Positions 43,225-55,928 of a DNA stretch of 64,000 bases are shown in pieces (position 1 is the stretch's first letter; each line of letters begins with the position of its first letter). The notes beneath the pieces are model-generated. The model searched no databases and was not told the origin of the DNA. It was given only the letters and a program-made list of their open reading frames with translations. The translations under genes were made by a program, and so were the position numbers. The DNA comes from Prasinococcaceae sp. CCMP 1430 (taxonomy: Eukaryota; Plantae; Prasinodermophyta), in the NCBI GenBank assembly GCA_013416795.1, contig RQSC01001231.1, positions 1 to 64,000 of the forward strand, given 5' to 3'.

Positions 43225-44369
43225 TCATTTGCGTGCCGACCAAGGTACGTACGCGCGTGCACTCCTGCGCTCGCTCGCGGGCGCGCCGTGTGCGAGCCCG
43301 TGCGCGCGCCGCGGCCGTGCGAGCGCCACCCCTGACCGCCTCGCCCGCGCGCGCGCGCAGGAGCTGGGCGCGCAGCTGGCGCTGCTCATTTGGCGCCTGT
43401 TGGGCGGCAACACGACGTCCGCCGAATCGCGCGGCCCCGGCGACGCGACCAACATGTTCCAGTACATGGGCCCGCGCGGCGTGCGCGTGGTGGGCATGCT
43501 CGACGACGACGACGTGACGCGCGCCACGGAGGACTGCCTGCTTGACGGCGCGAGCATCGTCGTGGGACGCCCCGACGTGCTCAATGAGGCCTACCAGCGC
43601 GGCGCTCTTGACATGCCCTCGGTGCAGTACCTGGTGGTTGACGAGGCCGACGAGTGCCTCTCGCGCCACTACGACGCGGTCGCGGCGCTGCTGGCCAGCC
43701 CGCCGGGCGGCCCGCGGCAGACGGTGCTGTGCGGCGCGACCGTGCCGCGCACGCTGCGGCAGGCGGCCGTGCGGTCGCAATGGGTCATCGGCGAGCCCGC
43801 CCTCATCTCGGACAGGCCACTCGCCGCGGCGCGCGCTGCGGAGAGTGAGCGCGGCGCCGCGGAGGATGGCGAGGGCACCGGCGAGGGGGGCGCCGCCCAA
43901 GGTGCCGCTCGCGGGGTCGGCCGAAGAGGCGGCGAGGCTTGGAGCTGCGCTCACGCGGGACTGCGGAAAGGGGTCGATTGCCGAGGGTGAGCGCTACCTG
44001 TCGAGGGCGGTGGCGCTCGCGGCCTCGCCGGCGGGCGCCGCCGCCGAGTCCGCGTCCGTGTCGGTGCACGCGCGCGCGGCGCTCATCAGCAACCTCGCCG
44101 CACAGGAGAAGGCGATGGACGCGGCGCAGCTGCTCTGCGCCGCGCTGCTTTCGGAGGCCGCCGACCACGAGATGGTGGGTGCCAGCGAGGACGCGCGCGA
44201 CGCGCTGCGCCTCGCGATATCGGACACGCTCGACGCGCTGGACGCGGCGGTCAAAGGCGCGGGCGCGACTGCCGTTCTCGCGGACAAGGCGCGCCAGCGG
44301 CTGCAGGACGTCGCCAGCCAGGCCGCACAGAGGCGACGAGTCGTATACATGTCGGCCGCTGTGCGCTGA
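43225..44369 (+). CDS. DEAD-box helicase N-terminal domain, partial; intron 43245-43360; frame break near the G-run at 43885-43890
   Basis: Spliced motif Ia ICVPTK|ELGAQ, plus VVGRP, YLVVDEAD and VLCGAT. 5' end lost at N 43224. No helicase C domain; the downstream helical ORF is in another frame. Confidence 0.7.
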
Positions 44370-45301
44370 GCCAGGAATTTTCTTCAAACTTTGGCTAGCT
44401 GTGGCAACACCAGGCGCGTGCAACGTCGCGGACGGTCGCACAGTGCTTGCTGGGCAGGCAGGCTGGGCGCCCGCGGGCGGGTGGGCGCTCGTGTGACCTC
44501 GAAGTATCCACGCACCGAGAGTTCCTCACCGTGCCAGGTGCAAGATGTCTCTGTGTGACGATGCTATGTAGCTGTGTTCTCTCCCCCTCTCTCTCTAGAG
44601 TAGCTAGAGCTTGCAGGCATTCGGTACGAAGTAAGTACAGTAGCTACTGTAGTACTACTCTAAGCCTACCGAAAGCGTTGTGCACAGCTGAGAGGCTGTG
44701 GCCGACTCTCCCGATTTGCTGACCTCCCTCTCACTATCTCGACTGGTGCGGCTAGCTGCTTCCGCTCTGCAGCAGCGCTGCCACTCGCCACTTCTAGAAA
44801 ATGCAGCGCAAGCGCATCGGTGGTCGCAGCGCGCTCTGCAGTCGACCGGCTGGCGGCCAGTGCCAGCCGCGTAAGTGCCTGCCAGTCCCAGCGGCTTGCC
44901 GGCTCCTCGGCGGCCGCAAAGCCAAGCAACGCACCAGAGGCGCCTTCCACCGCCTAGCAGCGCACCAGCCCACTTGAACCACGCCACAGCAGCCCAAGCG
45001 CCCACGCGCTCGTGCGCTCCGCGCGTGCCCGTTGTGTGCGTCGGCATTGCCGTTTTGGCGATGGCGAAGAGGCACGCCCGCTCGTTGCGTGGAAAGCGCG
45101 AAAGGGCGCGCGAGCCTTTCGCGCGCGCGCGCGCGCGCGCCAGGCTGTGCGGGACTCTCCGCCAGCATCGCGCTTGCGGGGAGAGCGCGATGGAGAGGCG
45201 GGGGAGGGGGGGGGGGGCGTCGCGGCGCCACACGGACACATAGAGGGGAGAAGCGGGGAGCTGCGCGCGTGCGCTCGGGCATTCGCCTCGGGCGAGACGA
45301 C

Positions 45302-48300
45302 ATGGCCGGCACGGGCGGGTACACGCGCGCATACAGCGCAGTGCCGGCAAACGACGATGGAGGCGACGGTGGCGGCTGCAGCGCCTTGGATGCCCTCGGG
45401 CCGCGCACGCGTGGGGCGCACGGGAGATGGATCTCGCGTGCAACACGTAGGGTCGCGCAAGCGCAGGTGCGCCGACCGTGGCTCTTCGTTGCCATGGGCG
45501 CGCTGCTCGCAACCCTGCTGGGTAGCTGGGCGGCGTGCGAGCGCACGCAGCTCCTCACCGCGCTTGAGACCTTCTTGCCCCGCGGCACACGCATCGCAGA
45601 CGCAGATCACGTCGCCATGGTGCTACGAGATGACCCCGGCGGCGCTGGCCTCACGCGTCTGGCGCCACCTGCCAAGGACGTCTACGCCCCTGAAGGCGAG
45701 CTTGCGCTGCGGGCGAGGGCCTTGCTAGATACTGAGAGCGCTGGGGATGCCGGCCGCTATGATCCTGGCTCCCACCCCTTCTACGTGCTCTTTGAAACTG
45801 TTGACCCCTCTGACGACATTTTCAGCCCTGAAAATGCGCGTGTGGTTTGCGAGGCCAAGCGGGCAGTTGAAGCGGTAACCACCAGGCGCGCGGCGTGTCT
45901 CCAAAGCGCGATCGCGCCCGGCTACGGTCCTCCCCCGGACCGCCTCGCGCGGAGCTGCTGGGGTGGTGCCTCGGTGATGACGCTGTCGACATTCGTGGAC
46001 GTGCAAATGCGCCACCTGATTGGCCTTGCTTCAAACCCCAAGGTGGCGCGCGCGCTGGCGGGCCCTGTGAAGTTGGCGTGCCGCGCAGCCGCAGCAATGG
46101 GTACACCGCTCACACCCCCGTGTGGCAGCCGCTCGTCCCTCGGCTGCGACGACGTGGATGCGTGCGACGCGCCATGCTTAGTGCACGGCCTCGACGTGTG
46201 CGAGTTCCTGATCGAGGCAGATCCGCGCGTGGCCGAATTGCAGGCGCTCTCGGGGCTGCTCCAACCTCCCGCTGATGCGAACGGCTGTGGCACTGGCGAG
46301 CTCAACACAACCTCGCTCTCGCTCTCACTGGCCGGTCTGGGTGCCACCATTGCCTTCTCTGGACGCGCAACAGCGCCTTCGATGACGCGCGTACTGCCGC
46401 ACGAGGGCGGCCGCATGTTGGTATCGCGCGAAGCAGCGCTCGCCGCTGCCGCGGGCGACACGGCGGGCTGCCCACCGCGCTCGAGCGTGACGCGACTAGC
46501 GTACGACCTTCGCAATGTGCCTGCGGCACTTGAGTACGCGGAGGAGGCTGGCGCAGCCGCGCTTGCGGCTGTGCGTGCGTACGGCGAGGGGCGCGTTCGG
46601 GCCTCCTGGCGTGACTACCCCGCATTTGAGCACGAGGCGGACACGTCCCTGCTGCAAGACGCGCTTTGGTGCGTGGGTTCAGTCATCTTTGTGTGCTGTT
46701 ACATGATCTGGCACACACAGAGCGCCATCATTGCGGCTGGAGGAATCGCCTGCGTGGCGGCGTCTTTTCCCGTGTGCGCGTGGGTGTACAGGGTGGTGCT
46801 AGACATCGAGTGGATGGGGGCATTCAATTTTATTGCGCTCTTCCTGGTCATAGGGATCGGCGCGGACGACATCTTCGTGGTTGTAGACTACTGGCGGCAG
46901 GCGCGAATAGGCCGTTGCTCACGCACTGGAGTGACAACTGACCGCACGCTGCGTCTCGCGTGGGCGCTGGAACACGCCGCCGTGTCTATGGCCTGCACCA
47001 GCGCCACCACTGCCGTGGCCTTCGCAACCAACTTCGGTAGCCCTATTCCACCTGCGAGACTCTTTGGGATTTTCATGTCAAGCCTCGTTGTGGCAAACTA
47101 TGCTCTCGTTCTGCTCGTCTTCCCCTCCTTCGTTGTGCTGCACGACAGAATGGTCACCGCACGCCACGCAGCGAACAAACATGACCACCGCGACTCCCAT
47201 GGCCATGGCAGGAGCGACGATGCATGTGTATGCGGTGTGTATGAAGGCACAGGCGGCGCTAATCTAGCGCCCGACACGTCGCCAATAGCAATCTCAGAAG
47301 GTCAACGTTCTCAACCACGGGCACCTTGCCACGGGCGCAGCCTCTCTGCCGACATTGAGGCCGAGTGGTGCATCAACCTCAGCAATGCGAGTGTCGACGC
47401 GAGTGTCGCCGTCGCCACCAGTATGGGCGACGTATGCACCGCCGCCGGTTGTAGCCGCGGCGATAACCTGAAAGGCATCTTCACCTTCCAGGAACTCCAA
47501 GAAGTCGGTACTGACCGTACGGCTGGCCGTGCCATTGAGAGTGGCAATGCAAGGGGCGCGTGGACGACAAATGTAGGTGTAGGTGCACCTGATGCTGCGG
47601 AGGGAGCAGCAGCCGAAGAGGCCAGCGCGTGGGTGCCAGTATCAGAGATTGATATTGCAAATGCTTCAAGGGTCTCTGACCAAGGCGGCGAGGCGACCGC
47701 TGCGGCCACCGCTGGCAACCATGCAGTTGCCGACGATGCGACGGTGCTTGCGACAGCGGTTCTGCGGAGTGCTGTCGCTGACGCTGCAGCGGTCACACGA
47801 CATGAGTCGAAAGGCAACGACGATGAAACGAATGACTGCACTTGCATGGAGGACGAGGACATCACTAGTGAGTCACAGCCGCTCCTCGGACCCGGCACGC
47901 GCGCGCCTGCGCAAGCGTGCCACGCGATTGTGCCCAGCACTGTGGGATCGCCGACCGGTACGGCGCGCAGTGGGCTCACGATCGAGCGTGCGACTCGTCA
48001 CCCACGCACGCGCCAATACATGCGCGCGCGGGCATGGCTGCGTCAGGTCTCCCCAGAAGGCTTCGCCACCTTTTTCGGCGGCTGGTACTGTGACTACATA
48101 ACCCGCAACTGCATGCGCGTGGTAGCCGTCGCGGGGCTTGCTGTGCTCACTGCCGTGGTAGGGGCCGCACTCTCGCTCCGAGGGCCTGATCGCCTGTTTC
48201 AGATATTCAGAGATGGTCACAACACAAATGAGTACTATCGCATGGAGCAGGCATACGATGGCACCGCCTCGCTCATCCGTCCGCGCCTTATATGGGGTTT

Positions 48301-49644
48301 GACACCCAGCGACAGGGGACGCCGTGATCTTCCTGGCAGCTTGGGTACGCTTGATGTTGACCCGCGCTTCGACATGTCAGGTGAGGATGCACAAGTTTTC
48401 TTGTTGGGTCTGTGCAAAGAGCTCGCGAGCACGGAGCACGGCGAAGAGGGCCCAAACGAAAGGGCTGCACGCATGCTGCCAGGGAGTCTTTCTTGTGTGC
48501 ACCTTGACATGGACAAGTGGCTCAAGGAGGCACAGAGGCACGCCGACGTGTGGGCAGCTGGCGGCGGCGGGCGCACTCAGGAGCTCCTGCTTCCCCGTGG
48601 ACTACCTGTTCCGTCCAACGTATGGCCGGCGGCACTCTCAGCGTGGGTGCACTCCACACACTTCAAGGGAGGCATCACACCCGATGGACAAATGGAGGCA
48701 ACTGGTGTGTGGTTTCACAATGGAAGTGCCGCCTTCGATGGCGCCGAGAGCCTCAATGGTCGTGCCGGCTCGGTCGCCGCCTTTTCCATCGGCTTCTATA
48801 CGCGCACAACCATCTGGCAGTCGTACGATCACATGGAGCCGCAGTATGACTACTGGCACGCGTGGTTAAGCGAGCGCCTCGCGCGAGCCCCCCCATCGCT
48901 GCGCAGGGGCTTCCTAGCGTCAGAGGTGGGCTGGTCTATCATGCAAACGCAACGCCTGTTCGTGCGCACAGCTTGGACGTCAATGTTTGCATCTGTCGCG
49001 CTTGCATTTGTGACTCTCTTCGTGGCGACGCGCGACGCACGCGTGGCTGCGTGCGCGTGCGTATGCATCGGTGGCGTGGTGGCGCTCTTTCTGGGATTCA
49101 TGGTTTGCGCGAAGTGGCGGCTCAACATGATCGAGAGTGTCTGCATGACGATACTGGTGGGTATGGCGGTTGACTACGTCGTGCACGTTGCGAGCGCATA
49201 TGTGCGCTGCCCCGATGAAGAGCTGCACAAGGCAGAGACTGAAGCCGAAGCGGCCGCCGCTGTCTGCGAGACCTTCACGAGCGGCACGGCACGGAACGCG
49301 CGCGCACGTGCGCGCGCAGCCTACGCGCTGTCAGCGATGGGCCCCCCTATCGTTGGAGGATTTGTCACTACGGTCGGGGCATCGGTCTTCCTTTGGCAGT
49401 GCAGCATCGTCATGTTCGTGCAGTTCGGCGTCTTCGTAGCAGTGGTGCGTGTGCGATATGCGTGCAAACTCGCGCGCCCGCTCTTGCACGTGCTTGCTTT
49501 GCCGAGATGCTCACACCGCGACTGCGCATCCCACTGCGATCGCAGGTGATGACGCTCTCGCTCACGTTTGCGTCAACGGTGTTCCCCGCGCTGGCTTTGT
49601 GCGTCGGCCTCGAGCCTTCGCCCTCGCGCGCATTCGCGACATGA
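45302..49644 (+). CDS. Dispatched/Patched-like RND-family membrane protein with sterol-sensing domain; exons 45302..49444 and 49546..49644
   Basis: Two TM bundles with GIGADDIFV and GMAVDY (GxxxD) motifs, SMACTSATTAVAF, F..FGVF, and large extracytoplasmic loops; phase-0 terminal intron. Confidence 0.88.
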
Positions 49645-49901
49645 TGCAGCCAGCGACGAACCGCTGAGTGCCTGCGCCGACTCGAACGCTCCATAGCCAC
49701 AGCAGCTACTGTAGCTACTGTACTGTAGTGTGAAATTGCAACAGCGGCAGCAGCAGCAGCAGACAAGCTAGGGATAGGTCGAGGTCGAGAGAGGGGAGGG
49801 CGCGGGTTACAAGCCAGCGCGGTGCTCTTGGGCGCGCGCGAGCCCCTCGCTGGCGCCGCACCGGTCGTGGCGCGGTCACAGCGACCGTACCCGCGGCCTG
49901 C

Positions 49902-50216
49902 CTACTGCGCCCCGGACTCCTCCGGGGTCTTGGCCTTGATCGACAACGCGTGTATTGTCTCCATGAGGTCGCCCAGCGATTCATAGATCAGCCTGTGGCG
50001 CTGGATCAGGCGCAGGCCGTCGAACTTCTCACTGATGACCTCAACGTTGAAGTGCGTCTCGGCGTCTGCCGCGCCATCTGGGTTGCCGCTGTGGCCTGCG
50101 TGCGCCGCCGAGTCGTTCGTGACGGTCAGCGACACCGGCTTCAGAGCGCCGAGCCGCTCGACGATCGCGCGATACGTCGGCAGGCGCGCTGTCGCGGCAG
50201 CAGTCGCCGACGACAT
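49902..50216 (-). CDS. bolA: BolA family protein (BolA1-like)
   Basis: NDSAAHAGH, ETHFNVEVISEKFDG...QRHRLIY..L and IHALSIKAKTP. Confidence 0.92.
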   Translation of the reverse strand: MSSATAAATARLPTYRAIVERLGALKPVSLTVTNDSAAHAGHSGNPDGAADAETHFNVEVISEKFDGLRLIQRHRLIYESLGDLMETIHALSIKAKTPEESGAQ

Positions 50217-50491
50217 GTCTGAAACCGCGACCGTCCCGAACCTCCTGCCCCGCCACGCCCGCCCTCTTCAGCACACCAGGCCGCTCGCGCACCGCCCGGG
50301 CGCGCTGTGCGGCGCGCGGCGCGCTGTGTGGCCGGCCCGCCCCGCCCGCGCCCCAGCGCGCTTGATGTACGTTTTGCCATCACTCTGATACTGTGCCGAG
50401 TCCCTCCGAGCAGACGGAGGGGCAGGAGGCGCACTGCTGCGCTGGGTGCGCGGCTGGAGACCACACGCCGCACGCGTGCCGGCGGGGCGCG

Positions 50492-52913
50492 ATGGCGCCG
50501 CTGGCGCCGCCCGCGGCGTGTGTGGACGCCTCGACCGCGTACGAGCAGCCGCTGCTGGAGCGCGTGCTGCGCGCGCGCGGGTGGGCGGTGCCCGCGTCCG
50601 CGGCGGCCGCATCCTTGGCGGCGAGTGGTGGCGCGCCACTGCTGCAGCTGCGCAGCGCGCGCGACGTGGACTGGGGGCCGGTGCTGAGCGGGAGGTGCGC
50701 AGCGAGTGCGCTGGCGGTTCGCACAGCGCTCACGCGCAAGGCTGAGCTCGCGCGTGCGCTCGCACGCGACGCAGCCGCGCGCAGGCGCACGCCGGCGACC
50801 GGCCACGTCGAGCCGGAGGCCAACTCTCCCGAGACGTACGTTATCGACGAGGACGATGACACATCCGAAAGCGATGGTGATGGTGACTTTGCGGATGGCG
50901 ATAATAGCCAGGGCTCACGCCTCGATACGATCGGCCGCGCCTGGGCCGCCGCGAGAGGGCGCGGAGGCGTGTGGGTGCTCAAGCCCAGCGAAGCCAACCG
51001 CGGGCACGCCATTTCGTTCCTCCGCGCCGACGAGGGAGTGAGAGCGCAAGCGCCGCCAAACAACGGTGAGCGCCATTTGCGATCGCTCATCGCGCGCGGC
51101 GGTGGCTTAGGCACGCCGTGGGTGCTTCAGCGGCGCGTGGAGCGCCCGTTACTCTACCGTCGCCGCAAAACGCACCTGCGGATCCACTTCGTGTTGTGTG
51201 GCGACGCCAGGCTACTCGTGCATAGAAACGCGGCGCTTGTGTTGCCGGCTGCGAGAGAGTACGACGCGAGCGCACTTGCAGACAAGCTGGTCCACGTGAC
51301 AAACCACTGCGTGCAGAAGAACGCGGCCAAACAGGAGGCACAGGCGCCTGGCGAAGGAGTACGTGCCAAGAACTATGCCCTGCAGGATTTTCTGCAGTAT
51401 GTCTTGGAGGAGGGAGACGCCAATGCGCGAGCGTGCGTCGAGTGTGCTGGCGGCGCGCAGTTGGCGTGCGAGTCCATCCTGCGCTCGTGCGGCGCCTCAC
51501 TTGCATCGGCGGTGCGCGGTTCGCCCAAGTATGGATTGCTTTTTGCACCCGGCACATTTGAGCTGTTCGGCGCAGACTTCATCGTTGACGACACCCTCCG
51601 ACCGTGGCTGCTCGAAATCAATGCTGATCCAAGCATGTCGCTCTTTGAGGAAGAGCGTAAGGAAATGTGCGAGGAAATGTGGGCAAATGTCGTGGATATC
51701 GCTGTGCCTGAGGCGCTGCGCGCACTCGATCTTGACGCCGAAGTCGCGGCAGGGGTGGCCCACCTCACGACGGATGCGGAGATGTGTGATACGACGGACG
51801 ATGTGTGGATCGAGGCATGGCATCGGGAGGCAACAAGCACGGCGTCGGCAGCGCGCAAGCGCGCGCGCGCTCTGCTGCAATGCGCCGCTGCGCTGTTGGC
51901 AACGAGCCGAGAGAACGTGCGGATGGGTGGCGGCCGCACTGACGGGGCAGACTTTGGCAGCAGCAATCGTTGGCGCGTGTCGTGGTCGGAGAGCGAGCGA
52001 GGTAGCAGAATCGCTGCGAATGCCATCTGCACACGGCCGGGATGGAGCATCGACGCGCGTGGCCAGCGCGGGGGTGCCGCACATGTGCAGTGGGTCTCAC
52101 ACTCGGTGCGTCAGCGCGCGCGACTCACGCGTGCTTGCCGTGTGTCGATGTGCGCGTCGTCCTGTGGAGCCACGAGCGCTCGCTTTCCTTGCATCTGCGT
52201 CGAGCTGACGGCAGCCAGTATCTGGCCCTCTCTCGTAGGAGGTCGCTTGGGATCGCGTCATAGATGGGCGGGCGACTGCGGCGCATTTCTTCGCTCGCTC
52301 TGCTCTAATTGGCGCACATGCGCCTGCCCCGTCGGCAGCCAGCTCGGCGCTGTCGGCTTCTGGCGTGAGCGCAACGCGGATCCTGCCAGTGCCGCTTTTG
52401 CTCATGGGCACGCTCGATGTTGCCGCACACGCCGCATGGTGTACTTCTGCCACCAAGTCAGTGGATTCCCGCGTCATTTCTTTGTGCGTTGAGCGCGCAC
52501 TCTGCGCAGTGCGACATGTGGTTGCACAACAGCAGGACGGCGGTAGGACGGACTCGAGCGTCAGTGGCGCTCGAAAGAGCTTTCTGCCGATGCCGGGGAC
52601 GTTCGAGCTCGTGGTAGCACTGGTTGACTCAAATTCAGGTCACTGGAACCTCGAAGCTTTTGACACGTCCAAAGCATGCTGGGCGGACGGCGATGAAGTG
52701 ATCGATGGCGGTACTGCAAAAATGGCGAGTATGAGCAACGATGCAATGACCTGTGTCCTCGAGGACGCTGGCCACGCTGTCGCGGCGGCGATTGAATCGG
52801 GCGCCCCACGCGGCCCGCTTTCGCTGGGACTGCAGAGGGGACTTAGCGGCGAGGTGCTCACGCCCAAGGGCTTCCACAGCGCCATACACGTGCCATGGCA
52901 ATCTCAAAAGTAA
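50492..52913 (+). CDS. Tubulin-tyrosine-ligase-like (TTLL, ATP-grasp) protein; 3' exon structure uncertain
   Basis: WVLKPSEANRG..I, VLQRRVERPLL..RRK..LR, HVTNHCVQK and FELFGADFIVD..LRPWLLEINADP. Downstream ORF 52365..52913 echoes PGTFEL and may be a spliced degenerate continuation. Confidence 0.75.
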
Positions 52914-53216
52914 TATGTGTACATGGTCTGCGCCCAGAGTCACCAATTACCAGCAGCTTGTACGGTCACCGCAGTCGGCGTCTAGCTGACATGCCTGAAC
53001 CTGCTTCGGTCTTTTTGGCGGTGTCCGCTCCCCTGTTCGGCGGTTCCGTGCAGTCGTCATCGCGCGTCCTCGCCCGCGGCCAGTCGCTGGAGATACCTCA
53101 GGTTCTCTGGAGGAGTGTGCGCGGTGTCAGAGCTTGCACGCTAGAGGGGACGCGTTGGCGTACGCACTCGATCAGGTCCGCGCGCATGAGGGATGTGTAT
53201 GCCCACCGCTGCACAT

Positions 53217-55181
53217 TCACGCACCTAGCATTGCCTGTCCCCCGCGTACTTTTGCTTCAAACTGTGCCTTCACCGCCCTTTCCGAATCTTTCGCTGCTTG
53301 TGCGTCCTTCATAGCCCTCTCCTCTGCTTTATGTCTGTGCAACTTCTTCTTCTTGAGATACCTGCCGAGGGAGTCGATCACGTCGTGTAGATGCATGATG
53401 TTGTCACGCACACCACGTGTTCGCACGCTGCGTGTCAGCGCGCTGACAGGCCTGAACGACTCGCGCTTTGTCGACATACGCTCGTGGCTGCCTCGCAGCG
53501 CCTGCGCACCTTAGCACGTGCTTTTGGATCGTTTTCGCTGCTTGCTCCATTTCAAGGGTCGGAGCTGGCCTGAACATGGTGCGGTCGAGGTGCCTACCAA
53601 GCAGGCCGCTGGCGCCGACTTCGCCGTCGGACGCGGCGGTGGCTTCGGCAGCAGTGAGCTTCCGCCGCGGAGTCGCGGTCGCGACCGTTCCGAGCCCTCC
53701 CTTCTCTAGGATCATTGTGCCATCCCAAGGCGTGATCATGCCTTGGCCAGTGGGAATCCAGCCTGCGATTCCCGTGCACCCATTGGAGTTGACTAGCATG
53801 AGGGTGTGGTCAACATCACGTGAAGCCGATCGTGAGACCGCGATCTGCGCAACCTCGCCCTCGGCACGTACACCTCCCTCCGGCATCCCTGAGCCGTCCC
53901 CGCTTTGTTCAGCGAGCTCAGGCGAGCCCCCCCTGCTGGTGGGCATGTCAGCGGGGATGCGGTGGCGGCGCTTGTAGATGCTGCTGGGAGAGAACGGCCC
54001 TAGATCAAAGTTCTTCCGCAACGGCGCCGACGGCAGCTTGGTGTTCAAGGGCTTGACTGTGAGGCGCGCGTACTCGCCAGCCTCGACTTCGACAGCCTTA
54101 ACGATGGCGCCGAGAGCCAAGCGTGTAGACTCGTACATAGGCGAGTTGATGAGCATGGGCTCCAACTCGATAACTCTGTGCACCAGCGCGCGCACGGCAT
54201 GCAACACGCCGAGCGCCGCGAACTCGGGTCGCGCGAGCACGCGCGGAGGCACCTCCTTCCACGCAAGCACCAACGACTCGAGCAGCTTGAGAGTGTCCTT
54301 TGCCGCGCGACCGGCCAGCGTTGCTGAATTCGCGACGTCCCAAACCTCCATGAGCATCCGCGAGCAGTTCTCGGCGATGTGTGCGGGGAGCGGTGCTTGC
54401 AGGTGCAGCACGTGCAGGCCGCTGTCCATGTGCAAGATTGGGGCGTCCTTGAGCATGGTGATCATCAGTACCAGCAGCTCGGGCAACAACTCGGTCATCT
54501 GCGGATCGATGCGCACTTGCGACGCCGTCGAGGTCGACCAGCCCTTCTCTCGTCCGGTGAGCAGCATCGGCAGTACCGCCACCAGCGGCGCGTTGTCGTG
54601 CCCGAAGGGGACGCACAGTAGCGCCTTGCAGATCTCCAGCGCGGTGGCCAGCGAGCTGCTGCCCTTGGACTCGTTGCGCAGCTGCCGCCGAGCGCGAGGC
54701 GGCAACGCGCACCGCGGCACGCACGCGAGGCGGACGGCATCAGCACCAAGGCGCGCGGCGGGGCACGACGCGCTCTCGCACGGGCGATCGTGGCGCGCGA
54801 GCGGGCGCGTACCTCGAATGTGAGCGCCCTCACGCCTGCAACCGTTCGCAGGGCCGCCCTGACCCTAGGCGGTGCGACCTCGAGCTCCCAGTAGCGCAGC
54901 TGGTCGACGAGCGCCGGATCGTTTGCGAAGTACAGCGCGAGGCGCATCACGTGGCGGCACGCATCCGCGCGGGGTAGCTGCTGCAGAAGGTGCGGCTCGA
55001 CACGCGGGTACCGCCGGCTGGTGCGCAGCGCTTGGTAGGCATCTCTATCGGGCGCGACAGGTTTGAGCGACGGCGACACGGAGAGCGACGGTCCGCCACG
55101 CGGCCCACCCTGCGCCGACGCAGGCTGCTCCGCCCCGCCATACCGCGCTGAGATCGCCGCCCGCCGACGCGAGAGCGTCAT
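53217..55181 (-). CDS. Hypothetical multi-exon protein with a helical repeat-like region, an IQ-like motif and a basic coiled tail
   Basis: Coding-like segments 54870-55181 (MTLSRRR...), 53520-54690 (LRNESK...AAKTIQKHVLR) and 53217-53480. Joins not resolved. Confidence 0.45.
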
Positions 55182-55928
55182 CGCCGCGCGCTCGCGCTCG
55201 CCCACCCCCCTTGCGCGCGCTGTGGCGGCGCGCGCAGCCCCCACCCCACCCCAACTACCTGCGCCATCCACCGGTAGGTCCACGCGAGTGCGTACAGCGG
55301 GCGTCCCCCAACCACCCAGCTGCATGCGCGCTCGCGCGCCCCGCGATCCGGTTGGCGCCCGAAGGGGAAAGGGGCACGCCGCGACGTCCGGGACCCTTTT
55401 TTTTCTTTTTTTTTTGGGGGGGGCAGACCGCCCGCGGTTGGGATTTCGCGCTTCGCAACCTTCTTTTCGGGCCGTTTTCGCCTGCGAAACGGTCTCAACG
55501 CGCGCCCGACCCGCCGGATCCGCGACACGATTCCAGAACTCCGCTGTAGTCTTTTTTCTCTCTCTTTTTTTCTCTCTTTCGTTGCAAGGTGGGCTCTCCG
55601 GTGGGTGCATGGGTTGGGCCCGCGTTTGTGCGGACGGGGTCCCGTCGGAACATCGGATGTAAACCCTGTCATATACCCGTATTATGGCTTCGACAAGCCC
55701 CCTGGGATGGTGCACCTGCCCGTGTGACGTGAGGACGCCTTGGCTTGGCGCAGGCCGCTCGCGGGCCGATGGCTGTCTGCGCGCGCGCGCGCGCGCGAGC
55801 GCGGGCGAGCGCGCAATCGGGGAACGGAACTCGGCGACGCCGCGGCGGTGCGCGCCACACTCTCGCGCGGGAGGGGAGAAGGAGGCACGCCCGTGCGCGT
55901 GCGGGTGGGTTTGGGGGGGGGGGGAGGG

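Noticed and set aside
42846-44780. TAG/CTA-rich stretches (42846-42900, 44590-44780) as further complement-only artefacts
   Set aside because: Complemented translations gave no recognisable protein, and the same CTACWGTAG motif recurs at four loci, favouring a real motif.
44666-44950. Small minus-strand ORF (EGASGALLGF...)
   Set aside because: GTG start, no recognisable motif and no clear exon partners; not enough support to call a gene.
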